Source: Thermodesulfovibrionales bacterium (lineage in GTDB: Bacteria > Nitrospirota > Thermodesulfovibrionia > Thermodesulfovibrionales > JdFR-86). Taken from it: 64,000 nucleotides of DNA. This document shows, piece by piece, positions 29,016-38,300 of this stretch; position 1 is the stretch's first letter, and each line of letters opens with the position of its first letter. The notes beneath the pieces are model-generated. The model saw only the letters and a list, made by a program, of their open reading frames with translations, made no database searches and was not told the DNA's origin. The stretch is from assembly GCA_030682405.1 (NCBI GenBank), contig JAUXOF010000047.1, positions 18,877 through 82,876 on the forward strand, read 5' to 3'. The translations under genes were made by a program, and so were the position numbers.

Positions 29016-30401
29016 GTGATATTCAGGGGCGGCACAGACGTAGTTTTAGCCGTTGACCACAAGTGGAGGGATCTTCCGGGGCTTGCGGCCATTTCGGTGT
29101 GGCTTCAGGAGGGCTTTGGGCTAAAGACCGAGCTTGTCCCCAACGGCCTTTGGCACGAAAGCCTGATAAGGCTCAGGCCGAAGGTGTTCGTCGTCCCGAT
29201 TTTATTCGGCGACTACAGCAGGAAGTTAGTTTCCATCGCCCGCGAGATGGGCACGAAGATAGCCGTCGTTATGACCGAGGGGAGGCCCAACAACCTCCAG
29301 GGCCTCGACTACATGGTGGGTAGGCACTCGGGCTCAGGCGACGCGGACCTCTGGCTCACGTGGAGCGACACGGTGAGGGACTACATGATAGAGAAAGAAG
29401 TGCTTCCCCCCGAAAAAATTATAACCGTGGGCGCCCACCGCTTCGACATATACAGGGAGCCGTTAAGCAGCCTCATAATGCCCCGCGACCGATTCCTAAA
29501 AAAATACGGCCTTGACTGCAACCGCCCCATCGTGAGTTGGGCCACCAATTTCACGCATGCGAAGTTCCACTTCTCAAACATTGAGTTCCTTAAGGAGAAC
29601 TGGCGGAGCCTTGGCCTTCTGAAATACCCGGCATACAAAGACCCTGCAGAGGTCTCCCGTAAAGACCACGAGGCGCGGGTCATGAGCGCGGAGGCCATTA
29701 GAAAGCTCCTTAAGGCAAGGCCTGAGATACAGCTTGCCGTAAAGCCCCATCCCTCCGAGGAGCACGACTACTACGAAGGGTTCGTGAGGGAGTGCAGGGC
29801 GGAGTTCGGCCCGCGCGTCGTGTTCATCGGCTCCGAATACATCTGGGACCTCCTCGCCGCCGCGGACGTCCACATAGACAGGCTCTGCACAACAGGGGTC
29901 GAGGCTTGGTTTCTGGACACCCCGTCCATAGACCTGCACCTCATGGACTATATGCCGTGGTCCGTTCATCTTGAGGGCTCGGCCTCCGAGGCATTGAGGG
30001 GGAACGACCTCGTGGACGATGCGGACTCTCTCATTGAGAAGGTTGACTACTACCTGAAGGGCGGAAGGCCTACGGAGGAGATGATGAGGGCGAGGCAGGA
30101 GTATATCCTGAGATGGCTTTACAGGGTTGACGGCAACCGGTGCCTTGAGGCCGCGCGCGCGCTTGCCGGGCTTCTTGACGGCGCGGGCGTGAGTCTCCCG
30201 GGCTTCAAGTGGGAGCATGTTGACGCGCTTTTCTCCGGGGTGAAGACCAGACTTTGGCTCAGATTAACCCACCGGGTGGATACGATACGGCAGGTGGACA
30301 AGGTGATATCTTCAGGGGACGCCAAGAAGTGGCTTCGGGCCGTGCGCGGGGCGCTTCTGCCCGCGATATCGGAGCTTAAGGCGAAGGGCTCTTTAAAATA
30401 A
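29016..30401 (+). CDS. Putative GT-B-fold polysaccharide biosynthesis transferase (KpsS/KpsC- or TagF-like), function unknown
   Basis: LAVKPHPSEEHDYY...VVFIGSEYIWDLLAAADVHIDRLCTTGVEAWF parallels the donor-binding half of the two other Capsule_synth-like ORFs. GTG start. Confidence 0.4.
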   Translation: MIFRGGTDVVLAVDHKWRDLPGLAAISVWLQEGFGLKTELVPNGLWHESLIRLRPKVFVVPILFGDYSRKLVSIAREMGTKIAVVMTEGRPNNLQGLDYMVGRHSGSGDADLWLTWSDTVRDYMIEKEVLPPEKIITVGAHRFDIYREPLSSLIMPRDRFLKKYGLDCNRPIVSWATNFTHAKFHFSNIEFLKENWRSLGLLKYPAYKDPAEVSRKDHEARVMSAEAIRKLLKARPEIQLAVKPHPSEEHDYYEGFVRECRAEFGPRVVFIGSEYIWDLLAAADVHIDRLCTTGVEAWFLDTPSIDLHLMDYMPWSVHLEGSASEALRGNDLVDDADSLIEKVDYYLKGGRPTEEMMRARQEYILRWLYRVDGNRCLEAARALAGLLDGAGVSLPGFKWEHVDALFSGVKTRLWLRLTHRVDTIRQVDKVISSGDAKKWLRAVRGALLPAISELKAKGSLK

Positions 30402-30433
30402 CCGCCGGCCCGCGAGATGTGGGAGGTAAAAAC

Positions 30434-31375
30434 ATGAGCGTGCAATGCCCGGTGTGCTCCTCAGGGAACTCGATACTCAAGGAAACATACGGAAAATACG
30501 GAATCCGCCTCTGCGGGGACTGCGACCTCGTATTCTCAGACCCGATGAGGACGGACATGGGGTTTTACGAGACCTCCGAGGACTACGCCGACAGGGACGG
30601 CATCATGTTCGATTCGATGAAGTGGCACGAGCGCTGGGACGTAATGGAGTTTCTGAAGACCCCGCCGGTTAAGGCCGGAAGCCTCCTCGACATAGGCTGC
30701 GGAACCGGGTTTTTCGTCAAAAGGGCTGTGGACATGGGGCTTAAAGGATACGGGATAGACTTCAACGAGCGCTCGATAGAGAGCGGGCGCAGGCGCTTCG
30801 GGCTGGATACCCTCTATGCGACCGACATCAAGGGCTTCATCTCGGCCAACCCCGGCCTTGGGTTTGATGCTGTGACGCTTTTTCACATACTTGAGCACGT
30901 GGAGGACCCAAATCGGCTCATGGACGAGATACAGGGCGTGCTCAAGGACAACGGGGTTCTGGTCATAGCCGTGCCCCTTAGGGACAGGTGGCCGGATTTC
31001 GTCAGGAAGGAGATAGACAGCCCCCCTCACCACCTCACAAGGTGGTCCATAAGGGCGCTTGAAAAATTCCTCGGAAGAAACGGCTTCCGGGTGACAAGGC
31101 GCAGGGTGCAGGGCTTCCCGATGGATGTCGTGACAGGTCTCATCTATAAGTTCGTCCTCAAGGTCGCCCCCTCGCTGACCCTTAGGGGACAGAAGGTCTC
31201 TGAAAGAAGCGGGCAGGGAGAGCTTGGCGAGCGGGAGATTGAGGCCATCATGAAAAAGCGCAGGCTCAAGATAATGGCGGCGGGCGTTTTGGGGTTCCCG
31301 TTCTGGCTCGCCCTTAAGCTCATTGGGGCAAAAGGCCCGCTTGTCTATATAGAGGCAAGGCGTGGGGGCATTTAA
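30434..31375 (+). CDS. Class I SAM-dependent methyltransferase with N-terminal Zn-ribbon and C-terminal hydrophobic tail
   Basis: CPVCSS...CGDCDLVF, motif I LLDIGCGTGFF. ATG at 30434 follows GGGAGG. Confidence 0.8.
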   Translation: MSVQCPVCSSGNSILKETYGKYGIRLCGDCDLVFSDPMRTDMGFYETSEDYADRDGIMFDSMKWHERWDVMEFLKTPPVKAGSLLDIGCGTGFFVKRAVDMGLKGYGIDFNERSIESGRRRFGLDTLYATDIKGFISANPGLGFDAVTLFHILEHVEDPNRLMDEIQGVLKDNGVLVIAVPLRDRWPDFVRKEIDSPPHHLTRWSIRALEKFLGRNGFRVTRRRVQGFPMDVVTGLIYKFVLKVAPSLTLRGQKVSERSGQGELGEREIEAIMKKRRLKIMAAGVLGFPFWLALKLIGAKGPLVYIEARRGGI

Positions 31376-31377
31376 AA

Positions 31378-32766
31378 TCAGCTCTGCCTGAAGCCGCGGA
31401 AGCTTGCGTCTTTCCCCAGATAAAGCTTCTCTGCCTGCTTAACTACGGAAACCGATTTTTTCTCGAAGTAGTTTTTGATAAGAACTGCGTTTGCCTCAAA
31501 AAGCGCTTCGTGGAACCGGTCGTCGCTAAGCTCGGTAAAGTTTATGGAAAGCAGGTCTGAGTTTGTGTGCTTGTTCTCGTAGAAGTCCTCGCAGTCCTTA
31601 AGCAGCCCCCTGTCCATTGCCTCATAATAAAGGGGTGAGCCCGGATAAGGCGTGACAGGCCTTATGTGGCGCAACTGTGCGCCGTCGTCGTATTTAAGAA
31701 GAAACTCCACGCCCTTCCTCAGGGTCTCTGTGTTGTCGCCTATGTTGCCGAAGATGATGTTGAACCCGGGGCTTATGCCCGCCGAAAGCGTGGCCTCTAT
31801 GCCCTTTATTATCTGCCCCGTCGTAAGGGCCTTTTTCATGTTCTTAAGGACGATATCGTCCATCGCCTCTATGCCGTAGTTTATGAAAACGCACCCGGCC
31901 TCCTTCATCACCTTGAGCATTCCGGGTTTTGCGTAATTGAGCCTGCCGTTACAGTCCCATTTAATGTTCAACTTCGCCTTTATAAAATCCTCGCAGAGGC
32001 TTTCCGTTCTTTGCACGGAAGACATGAGAAGCTCGTCCGAGAACGCTATGAACGTAATCCCGTAATCGCGCTTCAGCAGCTTTATCTCCTCGATTATCGC
32101 CTCGTTGCTCCTCGGCCTGAACCCCTTGTCCATGCGGTAGCAGAAGGTGCACCTGAAGGTGCAGCCCCTCCCCGAAAGCATGGGCATGACGAAATCGGAA
32201 TTCCTTGTGTGGGGCATACGAAGAAGCCTGTATAAGTCTATAGGGAAGAGATCGAACGCAGGGAAGGGTATGGTGTCTATGTCCTTTATCAGGGGCCTTC
32301 TTTCGTTCACTGCGGTCTTTCCGCCGTCGTTGTACGCTATCCCTTTTACAGAGGAAAACGGCCTTTTCCCGGATACTGCATCGAGGAGCTCAAGGACGGT
32401 TATCTCCCCTTCGCCTATCACTATAGCGTCTGCCCCGGTCTTCCTCATGAAGAACTCGGGATCGGGAGAAGGGCCGTGTCCCCCTATTATATAAAACGGC
32501 CTCTGTTTGGATCCGTTTATCGCGCCTGATATGCCGAGCAGCTTTCTGTACTGGTAGTAGCCTGCGATAACGCTTACGCCCACTATGTCGAAGCGGTTCT
32601 TGTCAAGGTATTCCTTCAGATGGTCGTCGGAGTAGTGGTGCTTGTCTTGATTATAGACTGTCACGTCAATGCCGTTTTTCCTTAAAACGGCGGCTATGTA
32701 GGCAAGCCCCTGAGGGAACCAGTGGATGTAGGAGTCGTTGTCGTAAACTATAAGGAGGACCCTCAT
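31378..32766 (-). CDS. B12-binding-domain radical SAM enzyme (class B), second copy
   Basis: PQGLAYIAAVLRKNGIDVTVYN, SGRGCTFRCTFCYR. The ATG at 32766 forms an ATGA overlap with the upstream ORF. Confidence 0.85.
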   Translation of the reverse strand: MRVLLIVYDNDSYIHWFPQGLAYIAAVLRKNGIDVTVYNQDKHHYSDDHLKEYLDKNRFDIVGVSVIAGYYQYRKLLGISGAINGSKQRPFYIIGGHGPSPDPEFFMRKTGADAIVIGEGEITVLELLDAVSGKRPFSSVKGIAYNDGGKTAVNERRPLIKDIDTIPFPAFDLFPIDLYRLLRMPHTRNSDFVMPMLSGRGCTFRCTFCYRMDKGFRPRSNEAIIEEIKLLKRDYGITFIAFSDELLMSSVQRTESLCEDFIKAKLNIKWDCNGRLNYAKPGMLKVMKEAGCVFINYGIEAMDDIVLKNMKKALTTGQIIKGIEATLSAGISPGFNIIFGNIGDNTETLRKGVEFLLKYDDGAQLRHIRPVTPYPGSPLYYEAMDRGLLKDCEDFYENKHTNSDLLSINFTELSDDRFHEALFEANAVLIKNYFEKKSVSVVKQAEKLYLGKDASFRGFRQS

Positions 32767-33047
32767 CTTAAGCCCTTTTCTTCCTCGATGAGCCTCTCGA
32801 ACCTGTAGCGGCACCTCACGTGGCCTTCAAGCGAAGGCAGATGCGCGCCGCCCGCGATGTCGGTTGAATTGCAGTTGGGGCAGGCCTCCTCGTGGCACAG
32901 GCAGACCTCCCCGCATTTGCGGCATACCCTGTAGAGATTGCCTTTTGTCGCGGGGGAATTTATGAGAATCTTAATCCGTATCCTTCTTTCTCTTTCTATC
33001 CATGCCGGATATTCAGCATCAAGGTTGGGGTCAGGGTCAAGCTTCAT
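32763..33047 (-). CDS. Small Zn-ribbon protein of unknown function
   Basis: 94 aa with CRKCGEVCLCHEEACPNC. Translationally coupled on both sides (1-nt and 4-nt overlaps). Confidence 0.55.
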   Translation of the reverse strand: MKLDPDPNLDAEYPAWIERERRIRIKILINSPATKGNLYRVCRKCGEVCLCHEEACPNCNSTDIAGGAHLPSLEGHVRCRYRFERLIEEEKGLR

Positions 33048-34270
33048 CACGAAACCCTGTGTTTGAGCCTCCACTGTCCGTTTACCTTTTCCCACAGGTG
33101 GGGGGGCCTGAACTTGTCGCTGTTGACAAGCTCAAGGAAATGCTCCTCGGTCATGTCTACATAGTTCAGTATCTCGGTGAAGTACTTTTTCGGGAACTCC
33201 CCGTCAAAGCGGTGCACGAGGGCAACGCCCTCTTCCCTCGTCAGATGCTTGTTTCTAATCTCCTGAGAGGCGTCGTAGGTGGCCCTTCCGAGGCCGAATT
33301 TTATATAGGTCGTGTAGTAGTGGAAGCCGTCTATCCTGTCGTCAATGCTGTTGTATTTTGAATAAGTGCCCTCCGACCTTTCCGGGTTGGCCTCAAACCC
33401 GGTGTGCTCCACAGCGTAGTAATAAGCCTCCTGAGGGGTCCACCTGAGGTAATACCCAAGGTAGCGTATGTCCACCTCAGCCTTTAGAAGCTCGGCAGGG
33501 TCCGCGGGGAAATAGGCCTCAAGGTCGTTCCATGTGAGGTTATGTTTCTCAATTAGGTCTTTAGCCGCAACACCGCCGAGATATATCTTCTGGAGGTCGT
33601 TTTTGCCAAGGCTGTAGTACTTCGTCTCCCTCTTGGGGACAAGCCCCTCGGCAATGGGGTTTCCGTACTCGGCCTCGCTTTCGCCGTAGAAGACCAACTT
33701 TATGCCGAACTTCAGGGCAAGCGTTGGAGCAAGGTTTTTCTGGCCGATTATGAAGGGCTGAAAAGGATGAAGGAGGTTTTCCGTAGCAAGCTTCGTAAGC
33801 AGCCTGTGCACCCTTCCGTTGGGCCAGAAAGAGACGTTGTCGAACCCCCCCACTCCTATCCAGTCCTGAAAGTTCTTCCACCCGATGTCCGTATAAATGT
33901 GGGGAGGCCATGTGCAGGTCAAGGGGTGCATCCCATATTTATATTTAAGCACATGGGCGGCAAAGGCAGAGTCCTTGCCGCCGCTTCCGGGCACAAGTAC
34001 GTCATAGTGGCCGTCGTCCCTTCTGTACCTGTCGAGGAGCTTTATGAGTTCTTTTTCCCGAGCCTGCCAGTCGGTCTTCTCCTTAAGCTCTGCAAGCCTG
34101 CATGCGTCGCAGACGCCGTCTTCGCCTATGGCAAGGGTGGGTTTTTTCTGCTCGATTGTGTGCAGGTGCTCGGGCACGGAGCCCGGCCTCTGGTTGGACA
34201 TGACGCACCTTCTGCAGAATTTGACTTCCGCGGGAAGGCCGTACATTGTGGCAGGTTTCTCAGGGCTCAT
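33047..34270 (-). CDS. N-acetyl-sugar amidotransferase (PP-loop ATPase; WbuX/PseA-like acetamidino-forming enzyme)
   Basis: N-terminal FCRRCV...GVCDAC, PP-loop VLVPGSGGKDSAF; 407 aa. Confidence 0.8.
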   Translation of the reverse strand: MSPEKPATMYGLPAEVKFCRRCVMSNQRPGSVPEHLHTIEQKKPTLAIGEDGVCDACRLAELKEKTDWQAREKELIKLLDRYRRDDGHYDVLVPGSGGKDSAFAAHVLKYKYGMHPLTCTWPPHIYTDIGWKNFQDWIGVGGFDNVSFWPNGRVHRLLTKLATENLLHPFQPFIIGQKNLAPTLALKFGIKLVFYGESEAEYGNPIAEGLVPKRETKYYSLGKNDLQKIYLGGVAAKDLIEKHNLTWNDLEAYFPADPAELLKAEVDIRYLGYYLRWTPQEAYYYAVEHTGFEANPERSEGTYSKYNSIDDRIDGFHYYTTYIKFGLGRATYDASQEIRNKHLTREEGVALVHRFDGEFPKKYFTEILNYVDMTEEHFLELVNSDKFRPPHLWEKVNGQWRLKHRVS

Positions 34271-34914
34271 AATTTTAAAAAGTTCCTATAGATATCAAGC
34301 CCAAGGGCGCCGCTTTTTTCCGGGTGGAACTGACATCCGCATATATTATTTTCGTTAATCGCAGAGCAAAAAGTCAACCCGCCGTATGCGGTCTCGGCAA
34401 GAATATGGGAGGGGTCATCGGGCGCCACGACATAGGAATGGACGAAGTACATGGAGTCTCCTTCCTTAAGCCCCTCAAGTATCGTAGAGTCCCAGTTCTT
34501 GCGGTGTCCGGGCATGTAAATCCCGTTCCATCCGATATGGGGTATCTTGTAATGCGGGCCTTTGTCCGCAGGCGCGGGAAACCGCACCACCTTGCCTGAG
34601 ATAAGGTCAAGCCCCTTGTGCGTTCCCATCTCCTCGCCTACGGTCATCAGGAGCTGCATCCCAAGGCAGATGCCTAAGACCGGCCTGCCGGAGGAGGCAA
34701 CGGACTTTATGGGTTCTACGAGCCCCCTGCCTTTCAGATTGGATATGCCTTGTCCGAATGCGCCAACGCCCGGCACTATCAGGTAATCCGAACTTGAAAT
34801 CACTCCCGGCTCCGAGGAGATTACCGCATCGGCCCCTGCGTATCTTACGGCCCTCTCCACGCTGAATAGGTTTCCGAGGCCGTAGTCCACGATATTGACG
34901 GTCTTTTTGCTCAT
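34267..34914 (-). CDS. HisH-like glutamine amidotransferase subunit (WbuY-like)
   Basis: GVGAFG, PVLGICLGMQLL (nucleophile elbow), GCQFHPEKSG. Confidence 0.88.
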   Translation of the reverse strand: MSKKTVNIVDYGLGNLFSVERAVRYAGADAVISSEPGVISSSDYLIVPGVGAFGQGISNLKGRGLVEPIKSVASSGRPVLGICLGMQLLMTVGEEMGTHKGLDLISGKVVRFPAPADKGPHYKIPHIGWNGIYMPGHRKNWDSTILEGLKEGDSMYFVHSYVVAPDDPSHILAETAYGGLTFCSAINENNICGCQFHPEKSGALGLDIYRNFLKL

Positions 34915-35780
34915 CCCTTATTTTCTCTCAGCATCCTTATGCCTATCCCGAACCCTGAGAGATACTTTTTTAGATAAGGTATGGATACGGGCTTTATGAG
35001 CTTTCGCGTATGCCCCCCGCTTCTTAGGAAAGATATGTTGCCCTCCTCTTTATACTCCCCCCTCGTTACCATATAGTCAAGCATCCCGTAGTGAAATATA
35101 GAGGCCGCGCATACGGCATCCGCATGCCCTTCCTGAATTACCTCCCTTACGTGGTCCGCATCCCCTGCCCCGCCGCACGCTATCACCGGAATGTCCACCA
35201 TATCCGAGACAGTCCTCGTAAGCTCGACATCGTAGCCTTTCCCTGTGCCCTCGCGGTCTATGGATGTGATGAGGATTTCCCCTGCGCCGAGGTCGGCAGC
35301 TCTTTTGACCCATTCAAAAACGTCCACGCCGGTTTTTTCCCTTCCGTTGTCCGTGAGGCACTCGTATTTTCCCGGCCCCCTGTGCTTGGCCTCTATGGAT
35401 ACCACTATGCACTGCGAGCCGAAAGCCCTTGCCCCCTCGGTTACGAGATTGGGGTTGTTTATCGCTGCGGTGTTTATCGCCACCTTGTCCGCACCCGCCC
35501 TCAGGAGACTCCGTATGTCCTCAACAGACCTGATGCCCCCGCCGACGGTAAGAGGGATATAGAGGTTTTCAGCCGCCCGGCTGACTATATCCGCAAGGTT
35601 ATTCCTCCCGTAAAGGCTGGCCACGGTGTCCATGTACAAAAGCTCGTCCGCGCCATCTTCATAGTACTTGGGCGCGAACAGCTCCGGCCTTCCTAAGACG
35701 CGCAGGCCCTCAAGGTGAATACCCTTGACCACGTTCGGGCCTTTGATGTCGAGCCTCGCGATTATCCTAACCGACTTCAT
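34911..35780 (-). CDS. HisF-like cyclase/synthase subunit (WbuZ-like)
   Basis: RIIARLDIKG..VVKG, GADKVAINTAA, GAGEILITSIDREGTGKGYD. Confidence 0.88.
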   Translation of the reverse strand: MKSVRIIARLDIKGPNVVKGIHLEGLRVLGRPELFAPKYYEDGADELLYMDTVASLYGRNNLADIVSRAAENLYIPLTVGGGIRSVEDIRSLLRAGADKVAINTAAINNPNLVTEGARAFGSQCIVVSIEAKHRGPGKYECLTDNGREKTGVDVFEWVKRAADLGAGEILITSIDREGTGKGYDVELTRTVSDMVDIPVIACGGAGDADHVREVIQEGHADAVCAASIFHYGMLDYMVTRGEYKEEGNISFLRSGGHTRKLIKPVSIPYLKKYLSGFGIGIRMLRENKG

Positions 35781-35805
35781 CTGATTATTTTACCCTAAGG
35801 GGCTG

Positions 35806-36600
35806 CTAAACAGCAGTCCAGCCCCCGTCAACCATGAAGGCCGTGCCCGTTATGTAGGAGGATGCGTCCGAGGCAAGGAAAAGGGCGGCTGAGGCCACTT
35901 CGTCGGGCCTCCCCATCCTCTTTAAAGGCGTTCTTTTGGAATAGTTTTTCACGAAGCCCGGGTTCTGTTTGTCGAATATGCCTCCCGGACAGAGGATATT
36001 GAAGCGTATCCCGTCGCCTCCGTAATAAGATGCCATGTATCTGGTAAGACCGGTTATCCCCGCCTTTATGGCGGAGTAGGCAGCGGGTGAGGTCATCTTT
36101 GTGCCCTCGTACACGGTAAAGTCGTTTCCCACGATGCCGTAAATAGACCCGATATTTATTATCGAGCCCTTGACCCTGTTTTCCTTCATAAGCTCGGCCA
36201 TGGCCCTTGAGACGGCGAATGCGGAGTTTAACTGCATATCCACATTCTTCCGCCATGACTGAAGAGGGACATCCCCGCATTTTGCCCCCCAGTCGGCAGT
36301 CCTTGGGTATGAAGAATTGACAACAATGTCTATGGGGGAAAAATCCTTCCAGAGCCTTTTAAGCCCTGCCTCAATCCCCTTTAATTTTGAAACGTCAAAG
36401 GCTGTAAACCCGACGTCAAGCCCCCGGCCCTTTAGCTCGGAAGCCGTTTCCTTCCCGCGTGAGCTTTTGACATCAAGGATAAGCGTCTTTGCGCCTGCCT
36501 GAGCCAGCGCAGAGGTTATCTCCCTGCCTATAAGCCCGGCCCCTCCGAAGACGACTGATGTTTTGCCTTTAAGAGAAAATTTTTTCATGTAGTCAATCAT
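35806..36600 (-). CDS. ptmA: Short-chain dehydrogenase/reductase, PtmA-like
   Basis: KTSVVFGGAGLIG, YSAIKAG, SDASSYITGTAFMVDGGWT; ATGA overlap with legF. Confidence 0.7.
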   Translation of the reverse strand: MIDYMKKFSLKGKTSVVFGGAGLIGREITSALAQAGAKTLILDVKSSRGKETASELKGRGLDVGFTAFDVSKLKGIEAGLKRLWKDFSPIDIVVNSSYPRTADWGAKCGDVPLQSWRKNVDMQLNSAFAVSRAMAELMKENRVKGSIINIGSIYGIVGNDFTVYEGTKMTSPAAYSAIKAGITGLTRYMASYYGGDGIRFNILCPGGIFDKQNPGFVKNYSKRTPLKRMGRPDEVASAALFLASDASSYITGTAFMVDGGWTAV

Positions 36601-37307
36601 AGTTTCACCTTCCCTTTTTCCACGAGAAACTCTATGAACTCGAAATCTATCTCCCTGTCTATGTCGTGGGAGGATATGTCGTCCATCACATAGATTGCCG
36701 TACGGTCGGTCATAATGGATGTCTTGCTCTCATCGAGGATGAAGTCCCTGCCGTAAAAATATATGGATGCGTTTAAGGAATAGACCCTTGGCGCATCCTG
36801 CCGCCTTTCCACGCCACCGGGAAGCATCTTAGAGAGGGTCACAAAGCCGTCGGGCTTCTCCTCGACCATGTTGAAATAGGGGTTCCTTTCAGCGTTGACC
36901 ACGCTGAAAAGGACATCGGGCTTCACGGCGAGGAATTTTTCGAGGCAGCCGTCGAGGTCTTCCATAGTGCGCACAGGGGCGGTGGCGTCGAGGTCAACGA
37001 GGATGTCGTATCTTTCGCCGAATATCCTTTCGCACTCCAAAAAGGCGTGCCTGTCCACCGGGAGCTTCGGAGCGGTATCCGTGGCAAGCTCCGCAGGCCT
37101 CATGAAGGGCACGAGAGCGCCCGCCTCTTTTGCCGCCGCTGCAATTTCATTTGAGTCCGTGGAGACGACCACCTTCGATGCCCTGCCCCATGCAAGGGCC
37201 TGCCCTATCGTACAGGCTATCAGGGGCCTGCCGGCAAGGGGCCTGATGTTTTTGTTCCTGACCCCCTTTGAACCCCCGCGCGCGCCTATGACCACAAGGA
37301 TATTCAT
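36597..37307 (-). CDS. legF: CMP-legionaminic acid synthetase (acylneuraminate cytidylyltransferase family)
   Basis: ILVVIGARGGSKGVRNKNIRPLAGRPLI; sits within the leg/ptm block. Confidence 0.8.
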   Translation of the reverse strand: MNILVVIGARGGSKGVRNKNIRPLAGRPLIACTIGQALAWGRASKVVVSTDSNEIAAAAKEAGALVPFMRPAELATDTAPKLPVDRHAFLECERIFGERYDILVDLDATAPVRTMEDLDGCLEKFLAVKPDVLFSVVNAERNPYFNMVEEKPDGFVTLSKMLPGGVERRQDAPRVYSLNASIYFYGRDFILDESKTSIMTDRTAIYVMDDISSHDIDREIDFEFIEFLVEKGKVKL

Positions 37308-38245
37308 CTTACGGCGCTTTCCCTGAATCCTATTATCTTTCTGAAAAGGTGCGAGGCCTCCTCAAGGTTATTCATCAGAGACGGGTTCTGAATGTTTCCA
37401 AAGAAATACCTCATCTGCTCGACAAACATACCATCCCTCTCCGCAGGCAGGCGCAGGGTTTCCCTGCCCCCTCCGTCCGAGCGCTCAAGCGTGCAGGCTA
37501 TGAGGTCGGCCCTGAAAAACCCCGCCTCCGTATCCACCTCTATATGCCTTTGGCTTTGCCTGCTGAAAAAATTCAGGTGCAGGTTCGTAAAATGCCCTCC
37601 CTCGTGCCTTATAAGGGCGTCCGTCCAATCCTCGGCGTCAACCGTCACATCAGAGCGCCTGCCTGCATGCCCGGTGATATTATGAATCCTTCCCAGCAAA
37701 TATTCAATGTAATCGAACTCGTGCGAAAGCTCAAGCATGACGCCTCCGCCCTGCTCCTTGTAGGCGGAGTAGCCTTCAAGATGGTTCTGCCCCGGCCTCC
37801 ACTCAGGCAGGTATGAGGTGCACCGCACATTGGCGTGCCGGATGTAAACGCCTTCAAGCCTCTTTTTGAGTTCCTTAATTACAGGATGAAACCTCAGGCA
37901 GTAGGCCGCATAGGCCGTAAGCCCCTTCTGTTTTAGGAGTCCGATGAGGTCGTCGAGTCCGCCTGTGTCCGAACCGACAGGCTTCTCTATAAATAAGTGC
38001 ATGCCGTGTCCCGCGCACCTTGTGGCAACCTCTATGTGCTTAAAAGTCGGGTTTGTTATAAAGGCGCAGTCAGGCTTTATCTCATCGACCTCTTCCCAAT
38101 GGTGGATTTCCCTGATTCCGAACTCATTGGGAGCGCATGCCTTTTCAGACCTGAAGGCGAAAAGCCCATGCTCAGGGAATTCGCTTAGAAGCAGCCGGGC
38201 GTATCTTTTCCCTATGGAGCCGAGTCCAAAAAGGATTATCTTCAT
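37304..38245 (-). CDS. ptmF: Gfo/Idh/MocA-family oxidoreductase, PtmF-like
   Basis: MKIILFGLGSIGKRY Rossmann N-terminus, HLFIEKPVG. Confidence 0.7.
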   Translation of the reverse strand: MKIILFGLGSIGKRYARLLLSEFPEHGLFAFRSEKACAPNEFGIREIHHWEEVDEIKPDCAFITNPTFKHIEVATRCAGHGMHLFIEKPVGSDTGGLDDLIGLLKQKGLTAYAAYCLRFHPVIKELKKRLEGVYIRHANVRCTSYLPEWRPGQNHLEGYSAYKEQGGGVMLELSHEFDYIEYLLGRIHNITGHAGRRSDVTVDAEDWTDALIRHEGGHFTNLHLNFFSRQSQRHIEVDTEAGFFRADLIACTLERSDGGGRETLRLPAERDGMFVEQMRYFFGNIQNPSLMNNLEEASHLFRKIIGFRESAVR

Positions 38246-38300
38246 GGCAGAACAGTCCCCCTGTTATAGGCAGGGGAAACCGTGTCTTTCCCTGCCGCTC

